A program made the position numbers and the translations under genes. Below the pieces are notes generated by a model that saw nothing but the letters and a program-made list of their open reading frames with translations, made no database searches and was not told the DNA's origin. 64,000 nucleotides of DNA. It comes from Verrucomicrobiota bacterium. GTDB taxonomy: Bacteria; Verrucomicrobiota; Lentisphaeria; Lentisphaerales; Lentisphaeraceae. This document shows positions 8,655 through 20,359 of the stretch, one piece after another (position 1 is the stretch's first letter; the number at the start of each line of letters is the position of its first letter). The stretch covers positions 1-64,000 of the forward strand of contig JBDKFG010000014.1 of NCBI GenBank assembly GCA_039798785.1, given 5' to 3'.

Positions 8655-10301
8655 TCACTCCTTCGGCTTTGCCGGCCAAAGCTCGATCCGGTCGCTGCTT
8701 CCCGGGATTTGAGCCGAGCCCGGCCGTGTCAATTCGACCCCTTTCGGCGTCCACAGGATTTCCTTGCCGGTCAGCGGGCTGATCACTGATCGGGCGTGGA
8801 ATTCGACCATCTTCTCCGGGGCGTGCCCCTTCTCGAGTTCAAAGAGGCGGGCTTCGAGAAGGAGCTGGAGGGCGAGCTGCATTTCGCCGGCGAGCTGCAA
8901 ATGACGGAGAGTCCAAACCCGCTCATCGATTTGCAGGCGAGTGGCGTGTCGGCCAAGCGAATTCGGTGCGAGACAACCGAAATACCAAGGGAGATCGCTC
9001 CTGTGATGGTCGTAGGGAATGAAGCTGTTGTAGTAAGAGATGGAACACAGCTCGCGGCTCATCAAGGCGGAATCGACACCCAAGGGCGGCAGGACAGCCA
9101 GACGCTCTTCGGCATTTTCAAGCAGGGCTAGACATTGTCCGGGCTTGTACCAGTAGCGGCAGGAACTCAGCTTTGCAATGGCTTTGTTGACCTCGTTGTT
9201 GCCGCACATGCAGGGCTTGGTGACATCGGAAAGAATCCGATGAATCATGATTTGATCGAGCTGCCAAGCCCCGGTGGATAGAGCCAAGGGGCGAGATTGA
9301 GCAAAGAGCTCGCCGAAAGGCTCCAGAGCTCTCAGGCACTGGAGTATCTCCTGACATTGCTTCGCCTCCATCTGGGGAATCAAAAGAGCGCTGCTGTCGC
9401 AGAGGCGGCGGCGATGTCCGGCATAGATCTGGAGGGTTTTGTTGCAGACCGGCTTGATCCGCTCCAGGCTCCCAGCCAATCGCCAAGTGAGCTGCAGAAT
9501 GGGCCAGGCTTCCGAGAGCGGGGCACCTGTGAAGGCTTGCTGCAGGCTATGGAGCACGCCATTGATACCAGCGATGTCCGGCTCAATCAGAGTGTGGAGT
9601 TCACCATCGCAAATGATATCCGTCCTATCGGTCAGCCGCAGAAACAAGGGCTGCTTTTCCCAAGAGTTGGCGAGATGTTCCAAATCGACGAAATAAGCTT
9701 TGGCCCAGTCCAGCTCGCGATTGAAATAAGGATTGCCATATCTCAACTCCGACAGCAAGAACTCCGACTGCTTGACCGATTCTTCCCAGGCTGGATCGGC
9801 GGCAAGATCCAGCGGTAGAGGCGCCAGTTTCGCCTGGGGTGCATCCCACTGCCAGAGACCGGTAAAAACCACAAGCGGCAAAGGCAGCAGCCAGCGACCG
9901 AAGCGATGTCGGGCGAGACGGATCAAAAAGTGCTGGAAACGGGTCACGACCCAACTTAACATCAAGCCGCACGGAAGGATCAGAGGCAAGTGGATGAGCC
10001 ACTCATCCCGACCTTCGCGGATCGACCACGGGCCGAACTCGAGTGCGAGCAGCAGCCAAGGAATCAAGGCGGCGGGGATTTCTCCAGGAAGACACCAGTT
10101 CCATTGACGGATCAGGTGGAATCCGGCGGGGCGGAGGGAGGGAATCAAAACGGCGGCGATCAATGCCGCGCCCAAGCTTAGCCTCGCACACTTGCCGCTA
10201 TAGTCTCGATCAGGGACAAGCAGCAGAGCAACGAGCAGCACCCCGCCGAATATCGCGGGCGAGAAGGTCCATCGGCGAAGGGGTGGCGCTACAGAATCCA
10301 T
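8655..10301 (-). CDS. Hypothetical membrane protein with N-terminal TM bundle and large soluble domain
   Basis: Long ORF with about 5 hydrophobic segments; less GC-rich than neighbours; start at ATG 10301 is uncertain. Confidence 0.6.
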   Translation of the reverse strand: MDSVAPPLRRWTFSPAIFGGVLLVALLLVPDRDYSGKCARLSLGAALIAAVLIPSLRPAGFHLIRQWNWCLPGEIPAALIPWLLLALEFGPWSIREGRDEWLIHLPLILPCGLMLSWVVTRFQHFLIRLARHRFGRWLLPLPLVVFTGLWQWDAPQAKLAPLPLDLAADPAWEESVKQSEFLLSELRYGNPYFNRELDWAKAYFVDLEHLANSWEKQPLFLRLTDRTDIICDGELHTLIEPDIAGINGVLHSLQQAFTGAPLSEAWPILQLTWRLAGSLERIKPVCNKTLQIYAGHRRRLCDSSALLIPQMEAKQCQEILQCLRALEPFGELFAQSRPLALSTGAWQLDQIMIHRILSDVTKPCMCGNNEVNKAIAKLSSCRYWYKPGQCLALLENAEERLAVLPPLGVDSALMSRELCSISYYNSFIPYDHHRSDLPWYFGCLAPNSLGRHATRLQIDERVWTLRHLQLAGEMQLALQLLLEARLFELEKGHAPEKMVEFHARSVISPLTGKEILWTPKGVELTRPGSAQIPGSSDRIELWPAKPKE

Positions 10302-10483
10302 TCTTGGCCTCGGGGGGCTGCGTTGCGGCAAGATAGCACCAAAGCTCGGCGATAAGCAAGTTTCCCAGGAGCTCGGTTTGTGTTGCTGTGAAGCTGCGGT
10401 TCTGGAGATCCGCAGGTCACAAGATCTAGGCTGAGCTGCACCCGGCACGGAGGCCGGCTCCCAGAGCTCTCAGGGTCTGGAAC

Positions 10484-12457
10484 TCACTCCGTCCGCAATG
10501 CTTCCACCGGGTTGAGATTGGCGGCGGTGCGTGCTGGCCACCAGCCGAAGACCAGTCCGGTGCTCGCGGCGGCGACGAAGGAGCAGCTGACCAGGAGGGG
10601 CGACACCACCAGGGGCAGGCCGGCGCTGAAGCAGACAAGGCTGACGCAGAGACCTGCCAGGAGCAGGCCGAGGATGCCGCCGGCGAGGGAGATCATCACC
10701 GCCTCGAGAAGGAACTGGCGCAGCACCGCGTCGCGCGGTGCGCCGATCGCCCGCCGCAGGCCGATCTCCTTGATCCGCTCGTTGACGCTGGCCAGCATGA
10801 TGTTCATGATGCCGATGCCGCCGACCAGCACCGAGATCGACGAGATGACGAAGGTCAGGACGTCGAGAAGCCGTTGCGCCTCCTCCTTCTGGCGCAGCAG
10901 GTCAAGCGGGATGAAGAGCTGCCAGTCCTTGGCGCCGTGATGCATCGCCTCCATCACCCGCCGCACCTTGAGTCCGGCGCTGGCCATGTGGTCTTCATGA
11001 TCGAGCTGGAGGAGGATCTCGTCGAGTTCGGAGCGCTGGTCGTTCCAGGTGGTGCGGGCGAGGACGGTGGAGAGAGGCAGCATGATGTCGCGGTTGGCGT
11101 CGCGGACGCCGGAGGCTTCGAGGCCTCCAAGGTCGACGTCGCGGCTGGCGAGGACGCCGATGACGCGGCAGGGCATGCCGGAGAGATGCAGGGTGCTGCC
11201 GAGGGCCTCAGGTCCGATCTGGCGGGCAAGGCTGGATCCGATGACGCAGACCCGCGCCGCGGCATCCTGGTCGGCGCTCGACAAGGGACGGCCGGCGGCG
11301 AGGCTGAGATTGCTCACTTTGAGGATCTCGCCGCTGACCCCGATGACCCGGGCTTCAAGGCGCTGCCCTTCGTGCAGGACGTTCATGAAGGCTTCGCGGC
11401 AGACGGCGCTGGCGACGACGCCTGGCACGGCAGCCCGTAGCGACGCCAGGTCGCGGCGGTTGAGCCCGGCCGAACCGGCGGCGCGCGCCTCGACCAGGCG
11501 CTCGGACTCGAGACGGGAATCGACCACCTTCACCAGATTGGAACCGAGTGCCCGCACCTGGTCTGCCTGCTTCTTCTTCGAGGCGAGCGAGAAGGAGCCC
11601 ATGCTGACCGCTCCGGCGACGCCGATGATGATGCCGAGGGCAGTGAGGAGCGAACGCAGCTTGTGAGGCAACAGGCCTTCGCGCCAGCCGACGGCGGCGA
11701 GCTCGGCCAGACCGATGCGTCCACTGCCCGGCTCCGGCGGGATCGCCGCCGGACGTGCCTCCTTGACTCCCGGTTCGTCGGCGACGATCCGTCCGTCGCG
11801 CATCGAGATTCGGCGTGTGCCTTGCAGGGCGAGATCGCGGTCGTGGGTGACCATGACGATGGTGCAGCCTTCGGCGTTGAGATCCTGCAGCAGCTTCATG
11901 ATGTCGCGGCCGGTGGCCGAATCGAGGGCGCCGGTCGGTTCGTCGGCGAGGATGAGGGCGGGGTCGCCGATCAGGGCGCGGGCGATGGCGACGCGCTGGT
12001 TCTGGCCGCCGGAGAGCTGGGTCGGGCGATGGTGCAGACGCGCTCCCAATCCGACCTTCTCGGCCATCAGCCGGGCCCGCTCGAGTCGTTCGGGACGCGG
12101 CACGCCGCGGTAGGTCAGGGGCAGTGCGATGTTTTCCAGGACGTTGAGCTGGGGCAGGAGATGGAAGCTCTGGAAAATGAAGCCGAGGCGGCCATTGCGG
12201 GCGGAGCTGCGCTCGTCGTCGCTCGCCCCGGCCATGTCGACACCCGCCAGCTCAAGTCGCCCCGAACTCGGGCCGTCGAGCAAGCCCAGCAACTGCAAAA
12301 GAGTCGACTTGCCCGAGCCCGAGGCGCCGACGATCATCAGGAACTCGCCGGCCTTGACCTCGAGATCGACAGCGTCGAGCGCGGTGACGCGAGACTCACC
12401 TTCTCCGTAATGGCGGCTGAGGGCGATACAGCGGATCAGGGTTTCAGAGACGCTCAT
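10484..12457 (-). CDS. macB: MacB-like ABC transporter (ATPase-permease fusion)
   Basis: GASGSGKST, LSGGQNQRVAIARAL, ADEPTGALD, RSLLTALGIIIGVA, GGIGIMNIMLASVNERIKEIGLRRAIGA, P.EALR.E. Confidence 0.92.
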   Translation of the reverse strand: MSVSETLIRCIALSRHYGEGESRVTALDAVDLEVKAGEFLMIVGASGSGKSTLLQLLGLLDGPSSGRLELAGVDMAGASDDERSSARNGRLGFIFQSFHLLPQLNVLENIALPLTYRGVPRPERLERARLMAEKVGLGARLHHRPTQLSGGQNQRVAIARALIGDPALILADEPTGALDSATGRDIMKLLQDLNAEGCTIVMVTHDRDLALQGTRRISMRDGRIVADEPGVKEARPAAIPPEPGSGRIGLAELAAVGWREGLLPHKLRSLLTALGIIIGVAGAVSMGSFSLASKKKQADQVRALGSNLVKVVDSRLESERLVEARAAGSAGLNRRDLASLRAAVPGVVASAVCREAFMNVLHEGQRLEARVIGVSGEILKVSNLSLAAGRPLSSADQDAAARVCVIGSSLARQIGPEALGSTLHLSGMPCRVIGVLASRDVDLGGLEASGVRDANRDIMLPLSTVLARTTWNDQRSELDEILLQLDHEDHMASAGLKVRRVMEAMHHGAKDWQLFIPLDLLRQKEEAQRLLDVLTFVISSISVLVGGIGIMNIMLASVNERIKEIGLRRAIGAPRDAVLRQFLLEAVMISLAGGILGLLLAGLCVSLVCFSAGLPLVVSPLLVSCSFVAAASTGLVFGWWPARTAANLNPVEALRTE

Positions 12458-12560
12458 GGAGAATCGGATTCCTTCGGTCATTGGCTCTTGCGACACCGAC
12501 ACTCGCCCGGAGTTGCCGCCCGGCAAGGGGGACGCCGCGATTTCGCCGCGCCCGGGACGG

Positions 12561-12610
12561 AAAAAAGATGCCCCCGGCATTCCGAATCCCTGTGCCGGGC
12601 ATCGCATCTT
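12561..12610 (-). terminator. Intrinsic terminator-like hairpin about 100 nt upstream of the macB start
   Basis: Minus strand reads gatgcccggca...tgccgggggcatc followed by T6. Confidence 0.5.
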
Positions 12611-12850
12611 GTATTCGGCTTCGGCAAGCTCGTGGCGCATTGAACAACGAAGAGATCCGAGCTGCACAAGTCTAAACCAAGCATGATTTGAGTTATGTGC
12701 CGCTCGCCGCGGCGACGAGCTCAAAACAATCGACTGGCGGCTCGAAAAAATCCTCCGCCACCGTGTAACCCAGGCCCTCGGCTCCGACAGATGTGTTCAG
12801 ACTCGCTTCCGCCGGAAGCCGAGCCGGAACAAAAAAACTGGAGATCCCCG

Positions 12851-13285
12851 ATGAAAACCCTCCTTGCCTTCTGCTGCTGCAGCTTCCTGAGTTTCGCCGC
12901 CCTGGCGCAAGACGCCGCGAACACCTACACCGTCCAGGAAGGCGATTCGCCGGCGAAAATCGCCAAGAGCCTTCAGATCAAGCTCAAGGATCTGCTCGCC
13001 GCCAATCCCGGGGTGAACCCTAAAAACCTGCAGATCGGCCAGATCCTGCTGCTCCCAGCCAGCGCTCCGGCAGAAGTCGCCGCGGATCCAGCCGCGGATC
13101 CGGCGGAGATCCCGGCTGAAGCCGTCGCTCCGGCGCCCGGCGGCAAGACCTACACGGTGAAAAAAGGCGACACGCCGGAGCGGATCGCCCGCCGCCTCAA
13201 GATCAAGCTTGCCGATCTCCTCGCCGCCAATCCCGAACTCGACAGCACCGGCCTGCAGATCGGCCAGAAGCTGCAGCTCCCTTGA
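12851..13285 (+). CDS. Secreted protein with two LysM domains
   Basis: Signal peptide; YTVQEGDS..KIA...ANP...LQIGQ and YTVKKGDT..RIA...ANP...LQIGQKL. Confidence 0.92.
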   Translation: MKTLLAFCCCSFLSFAALAQDAANTYTVQEGDSPAKIAKSLQIKLKDLLAANPGVNPKNLQIGQILLLPASAPAEVAADPAADPAEIPAEAVAPAPGGKTYTVKKGDTPERIARRLKIKLADLLAANPELDSTGLQIGQKLQLP

Positions 13286-13362
13286 GCGGCGGCGGGCCGC
13301 GGCGGACGAGAGATTCGCCCGCCGCGGCTTGCCGAAGTCCCCGGCCGAATTCTTGTAGCCCC

Positions 13363-13917
13363 ATGAAACCCCTTCTCCCCGAAGACCGCTACCGCACCCG
13401 CCCCACCCTGCTCCGCCGTGTCAAGACCGGCGACGAGCCGGGCTGGGCGGAATTCTATGCGTATTATTCGCCCCTGATCTTCTGGCTTTGCAGCCGCCGC
13501 GGCGTGACTAGCGAAGAGGCCCGTGCCCTGGTGGTCCAGGCGGTTATGATCCATTGCGCCCGCCAGGACTGGGACGAGTCGGCCGACAAAGGACGCTTCC
13601 GTAACTACATCCTGCGGGTGAGCGAACTCAAGATCCACGAGGTGCGCCGCGAGATGCGGCAAATCACGCTGCTGCCGGAGGATGCCTTGACCGCGCCCAG
13701 CGACGCCAGCACAGAGGAGAAGGAATCCCTCGAGCACGCCCTCGATGCCCTTGCCGCCGACCCCGAGGTCAACCCCGCCCACCTGCCGATCCTGCAGAGC
13801 GCGCTCGCCGGCCTCAGCGTCGCCGAAACCGCCCGCCAGAGCGGCCTCAGCGAGGCCAACGTCAAGGTGATCCGCCATCGGCTTCTTCACCGGCTGCGCA
13901 AACACCTCGATGAATGA
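13363..13917 (+). CDS. ECF-type sigma-70 factor
   Basis: TRPTLLRRVK..DE.GW.EF...Y.PLI, GRFRNYI, and sigma-4 HTH GLSVAETARQSGLSEANVKVIRHR. Confidence 0.8.
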   Translation: MKPLLPEDRYRTRPTLLRRVKTGDEPGWAEFYAYYSPLIFWLCSRRGVTSEEARALVVQAVMIHCARQDWDESADKGRFRNYILRVSELKIHEVRREMRQITLLPEDALTAPSDASTEEKESLEHALDALAADPEVNPAHLPILQSALAGLSVAETARQSGLSEANVKVIRHRLLHRLRKHLDE

Positions 13918-13967
13918 AAGACGGCGGCTCTCTCCTTGCGGCAGCAGCACACCCGGGTGTAAGCTAG

Positions 13968-15524
13968 GTGGAAACAACGACAAACAGGCAGGACTCCGTG
14001 GCGCAAGATCCCGTGACGCAAGATCCCGACGGCTCGGAAGAGCTCGACGACGAAGCCTTGCTGCGCGAACTGCGGCGACGCGGCGGCACCCAGGCGGAAC
14101 CGATCCTCGACCTCCACTTCGGCCCCTACCGGCAGGCCCGCCAGATCGCCCGCGGCGGCATGTCGCTGATCTACCACGCCGTCGACCCGGAAGGCCGTGC
14201 GGTGGCGGTGAAGGTCTGCCGCTTGCGCTCTCTTCTGCCCTTCTTCCGCCGCGAAGCCGAGGCGCTGCGCAGCTGCACCGCCCTGAGGCTTGGCGGCATC
14301 CCGCCGCTGCTGGCGGCCGAGCTCGAACATGAGCCCGCCTACCTTGTCACTCCTTTCCTTGGCGGCGGCACCTTGCGCCAGCATTTGCGCCACGGCCGCC
14401 TCATCCCGGCTGATTTCGATGTCCTCTTCCAGGAAGGCCTGCAGCTCCTGCGCAGCTTGAACAGGGCCGGACTGATCCACGGCGACATCAAGCCGGAGAA
14501 CATCCTGCTCGACGAATCCGGCCGGCTCTGGCTCGTCGACCTCGGCCTCGCCCGACGGATGATCAGCGAAGCCCGCACCGTCAGCTCCGCCGTCACCGGC
14601 TACTCCTCGCCTCCAGTGACCGCCGCCTACATGGCGCCGGAACAGGCAAGGGGTGAGTCCTTGTCGCCGGCGAGCGACCTCTTCTCCTTGGCGATCACCC
14701 TCTACGAAGCCGCGGCGGGAGAGCATCCCTTCGCCGCGGCGACGCCTTGGGCCACCGCCGCCCGCATCCTGTCGCACCAGCCGGCGCCCCTTCACAGCCT
14801 CCGCCCCGACCTGCCGGCAGCGATGTGCAGTTTCATCGACCGCGCCCTGGCAAAACAGCCGGAGGAGCGACCGGCGCTCGCCGCGGCCCCCGCTTCGGCG
14901 CCCGCCCCCGTCCCTGCGAGAAAGAGCCTCTGGCCGATCTTTGCCGTCATCGCCTTGCCTCTTCTCGCCGCCGCAGGACTCGCCGCCGCCCTCTTGCCTG
15001 CTGACCGATCTGCGACGCGCCAGCAACTGCCCCCCGGCAAGGCTCTGCCGCAAACCCAAGCGGCGAAGTCCCCTCCCTCCGCCCCCGACGATCCCGACAA
15101 GACCAGGATCGTCCTCGAAAACGAGGATTTCACGATCAAGGTCCTGAGCTCGAAGGAGGCGTCGCAGATCTTCCGCGACAACAACGAACAGATTGAGAAC
15201 CAGCGCCTCCTCAAGGACCCGCAACGCTTCGACCGCGGGCTGAAAATCCAGGCTTGGAGGATCTTCACAGGCAACGGGCCCTGCGTCATCCTCTCGACCG
15301 TGGATTTCAGCTATGTCTTCCAAAAACAGAAGAACGACGCTCTCTTCTGCATCGGCCGCAGCTGGAGCGGCCCGGTGGCGGTGGTGAAAAGCAAGAATCT
15401 CCTCGGCTTCGTGCCGTTAGTCAAAGTGGCCGGCGGCTGGAGCCCGATGAACCTGAAAGGCGGCGTCCTGCACAGCGGCGACCCTTGGTCGGAACTGCCG
15501 TCCGACGCCTTCCTCCTGCCTTGA
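13968..15524 (+). CDS. Membrane-anchored Hanks-type Ser/Thr protein kinase
   Basis: ARGGMSLIY, VAVK, HGDIKPENILL, DLG, YMAPE, SDLFS; one TM helix then an extracytoplasmic tail; start uncertain. Confidence 0.9.
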   Translation: METTTNRQDSVAQDPVTQDPDGSEELDDEALLRELRRRGGTQAEPILDLHFGPYRQARQIARGGMSLIYHAVDPEGRAVAVKVCRLRSLLPFFRREAEALRSCTALRLGGIPPLLAAELEHEPAYLVTPFLGGGTLRQHLRHGRLIPADFDVLFQEGLQLLRSLNRAGLIHGDIKPENILLDESGRLWLVDLGLARRMISEARTVSSAVTGYSSPPVTAAYMAPEQARGESLSPASDLFSLAITLYEAAAGEHPFAAATPWATAARILSHQPAPLHSLRPDLPAAMCSFIDRALAKQPEERPALAAAPASAPAPVPARKSLWPIFAVIALPLLAAAGLAAALLPADRSATRQQLPPGKALPQTQAAKSPPSAPDDPDKTRIVLENEDFTIKVLSSKEASQIFRDNNEQIENQRLLKDPQRFDRGLKIQAWRIFTGNGPCVILSTVDFSYVFQKQKNDALFCIGRSWSGPVAVVKSKNLLGFVPLVKVAGGWSPMNLKGGVLHSGDPWSELPSDAFLLP

Positions 15525-15603
15525 TCCGAAACCTTCCGCCGCCGCGACTTGGCAAAGACCGGCACCGCCTCATTGTCATTCCCAATCAGTTTCGGGAGCG
15601 TCA

Positions 15604-16626
15604 ATGCAAAGCACCAGGAAAGAAGTGGCGGCGGCCGCTGGAGTCAGTCCGGCGATGGTCTCCGCCGCCCTCGGAGGACGGCCAAGCACGATCCGCATGT
15701 CGAAAGAAACCCGCGATCGCATCCTCGCCGCGGCTGCGGCCCTCGACTACCATCCCAACATCCTGGCCCAGGGACTCAAGCAAAAGCACTCCTTCCTCAT
15801 CGGCCTGAGCTATTACGACAGCAACGGCAACATCCTGGCACCGCTCCTTCGAGGCATCGAATCCGCCCTCTCCGGCAGCGACTATTCGGTCGTCGTCGAG
15901 ATGCACCGCGACGCCGCTTCGGAAGCCGCTGCCCTGCTCCGGCTGCGCCACCGCCGAGTCGCCGGCCTGATCGCGACGGCAGCGCAAGATCGCGACGGAC
16001 GCCCTTCGGAAGCCCTGCTCGATATGCAGCGGCAGGGAAGACCGCTGGTCGAACTTTTCGGCAAGGTGATCCCCGGCGCCGCGCACTTCAATCCCGATCA
16101 CGAAGGGACCGGCCGAATCCTGACCCGTCATCTGATCGCTGAAGGCCGCCGCCGCATCGCCCTCCTCACCCACAGCGCAACAGCCACCTGCCGCGGCGGA
16201 CTCTTCTTCAACGCCTGGGAAAACCAGCAGGGCTACCTAGCGGCTATCGCGGAAGCCGGCCTCTCGCCTCGAATCGTCCATTATCCCGTGCCGGCCGAAA
16301 GCGGCGACCTGGCGATGCTGCGACAGAATTACGAAGGAGGTCTCGCCGCTCTATCCAACCTGCTCAGAGGCGAGAGCCCTGACGCAGTGCTCTGTTTCGA
16401 CAGCGTCGCCGCCGCCGGTCTGCACCGAGCCTGTCTCGAAAAAGGTTTGAAGCTGCGGATCTGCGGCTTGGAAAAGGACGTCGCAGCACTCAGCTGCAAT
16501 CCCCCCCTCCCCGGCGTCGTCTATGATTACGATGAGCTCGGACGCCGGAGCATGCTCGCACTCCTCCGCAAAATGTCAGGAGGCGAAGCACAGTCCTGGT
16601 CGATGCCGGGAAGGATCGAGTCCTAA
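15604..16626 (+). CDS. LacI-family transcriptional regulator
   Basis: TRKEVAAAAGVSPAMVS HTH, LDYHPNILAQGL hinge, periplasmic-binding-like core. Confidence 0.92.
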   Translation: MQSTRKEVAAAAGVSPAMVSAALGGRPSTIRMSKETRDRILAAAAALDYHPNILAQGLKQKHSFLIGLSYYDSNGNILAPLLRGIESALSGSDYSVVVEMHRDAASEAAALLRLRHRRVAGLIATAAQDRDGRPSEALLDMQRQGRPLVELFGKVIPGAAHFNPDHEGTGRILTRHLIAEGRRRIALLTHSATATCRGGLFFNAWENQQGYLAAIAEAGLSPRIVHYPVPAESGDLAMLRQNYEGGLAALSNLLRGESPDAVLCFDSVAAAGLHRACLEKGLKLRICGLEKDVAALSCNPPLPGVVYDYDELGRRSMLALLRKMSGGEAQSWSMPGRIES

Positions 16627-16757
16627 AACCTGCCGCTTGATATCAAAGATCTCACAAAGCAGTGCTCAGGCAAGGGGAGTCCCAAGCTGTTGACAAATGG
16701 CTATGGTGATGACACCGCGCCGCCGCCGGTACGACGTTGATTCCCTCCCTTCGCCGG

Positions 16758-17190
16758 CTAACCATGGTCTTTCGACCGTATGCCGCGCCCCTTCTGGCGC
16801 TGGCTGACGCAAAGGTCGCAGGCCTTCTCGGCCGGATTGCTCGACAGAGGCAGGCCGAGCTTCTTGCGGATGGAATAGACGGGGATCCGGTGAAAACCCT
16901 TGATCTTGCCCGCCAGTATCACCAGCGCCGATTCGCGGATCTGCTTCTCGCCATCGCTGAAGAGACAGAGGTTGATCCTGCGTAAGTCTCGCGCCTGCAT
17001 CAAGGCGAGGAAGCGGATGAATAGCGTGGCGTAGCAGCGGGCAACGAGGCTCACCTTGGCCTGTCCGGGAGCGCTCAGGATGCCGCAGGCGGTGGAACTC
17101 CCCAACAGAGAAGTCCTGAACGGCTTTCGCAAGTTCGTCGACGCCACCTTCAGCTTGAGCTGTTGATGAAGGGTTTTTTAGGCGTGTTCA
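16758..17190 (-). pseudogene. Degenerate DDE transposase remnant (ISKra4/ISLre2-like)
   Basis: LCLFSDGEKQIR followed shortly by IPVYSIRKKLGLPLSSNPAEKACDLCVSQRQKGRG, resembling the FSDG and SS..EKA.D..V..RQK..GM.W motifs of these Mutator-like IS; far too short and stop-interrupted. Confidence 0.55.
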
Positions 17191-17238
17191 TGGCTTGCAA
17201 GTTACTCGATTTTTGTAGGTTTTCGCTATGGATAGGCA

Positions 17239-18096
17239 TTACCAGCAACGATCTGAGCCATCCAAGCGCGCCTCGCTCTCCGAGAAGCAGTTCTGATCCT
17301 CGGCATCGTTGGCGATATCGCTCAACAGTTCGGTAATGCTGATATCGAGATCCTTGTCGCTTTTGTAGGGCACTTTGAGCAGGTAGTCGCCGCTTGGCTG
17401 CCGAGCTTGGAATTCCTTGAGGTAGAGATTTTCGATCCGCTCCACCACCCGTTTCTTGCCGTGGACGAACTTGCTGTTGTTGTCGATCCGCAGCGACAGG
17501 AGGATCGTGGCAAACGCCGGGGAGGCTGATTCCTTATGGCTCGATCTGGTGCCTGCGATCATTCGCGACACCGTGGCCGGACTGATGGCAAAGAGGCGCG
17601 CCGCTTCTGCGGCGGTCTTCTGGCCGGAGCTGACCAGGGCGACGATCTCCTTGCGTTGCAGATCGCTGAGCTTAGGCTTCCGGCCACCGATGCGGCCTTC
17701 TTTGCGAGCCGCATCGAGGCCGCTCTTGGTGCGCTCCTTGAGCATCGCCCGTTCGAATTCGGCGAAGCTGCCGATGATGTGCATCATCATCCGGCCCGCC
17801 GGCGTCCCGGTGTCAACGGCCTCGGCGAGACTCTTGAAGCTGGCCTTCGCCCCCTCGATCTTCTCGAGGATGAGCAGGAACTCCTTGAGCGAGCGGGACA
17901 GCCGGTCGAGCTTCCACACCACCACGGCGTCATCAGGGCGGAGATGGCCGAGCATCGCCTGCAGCTCGGGGCGATCCCAACGTCCGCCGGAGGCCTTCTC
18001 CTGGAAGATCCGCTCGCATCCCGCCGCCTTGAGGGCGGCGATCTGGGCGGCGTTGTCCTGTTCTTGGGGGGAAACCCGGACGTAGCCGATGGTAAT
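17239..18096 (-). mobile_element. Serine recombinase (resolvase/invertase) with C-terminal extension; start is ATT, possibly a pseudogene
   Basis: Frame extends upstream of the called ORF to ITIGYVRVSPQEQD...IFQEKASG...RPEL, then VVWKLDRLSRS, FAEFER, GRIGGRKP and HTH; only ATT (18094-18096) is available after an upstream TAG. Confidence 0.85.
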
Positions 18097-18097
18097 C

Positions 18098-18199
18098 GTT
18101 GCAAATTCCTATTGCCATTGGCGTTGAATCTGCAACAGGTTTTTGCAAGATCAAGCCCGACACGGGCGGCCTCCTTCCACAAACGCCCGTTTGCGGAAG
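18098..18199. promoter_or_regulatory. Putative res site upstream of the resolvase
   Basis: Dyad cttccacaaacg-cc-cgtttgcggaag (18174-18199) plus repeated (t)tgcaa half-sites at about 18099, 18131 and 18143. Confidence 0.55.
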
Positions 18200-18279
18200 T
18201 TTTGGCGGCAGATGATCCAAATTCTGCGCATCACCCGCGAAATCAGCCGCGCCGGCTTTTGCGGCCGGCGCGGATTCGA

Positions 18280-20223
<1,944 letters not shown>

Positions 20224-20359
20224 CGGCATCTCTCCAGGCAAAGTCTCGTGTACGCGGGCAGACCCGTGTCCGCCCAGGGGCGAAAGCGGGCCGCTAATAT
20301 TCCGGGGAAGCTCCGTTGCGCAACATCCGAGAGAATGATTTTTTCGGAAGGCCCTGGCC

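Noticed and set aside
13910..14332. ORF overlapping the sigma factor stop as an anti-sigma factor
   Set aside because: Arg/Pro-rich alternative frame of the kinase gene, with no TM helix or zinc motif.
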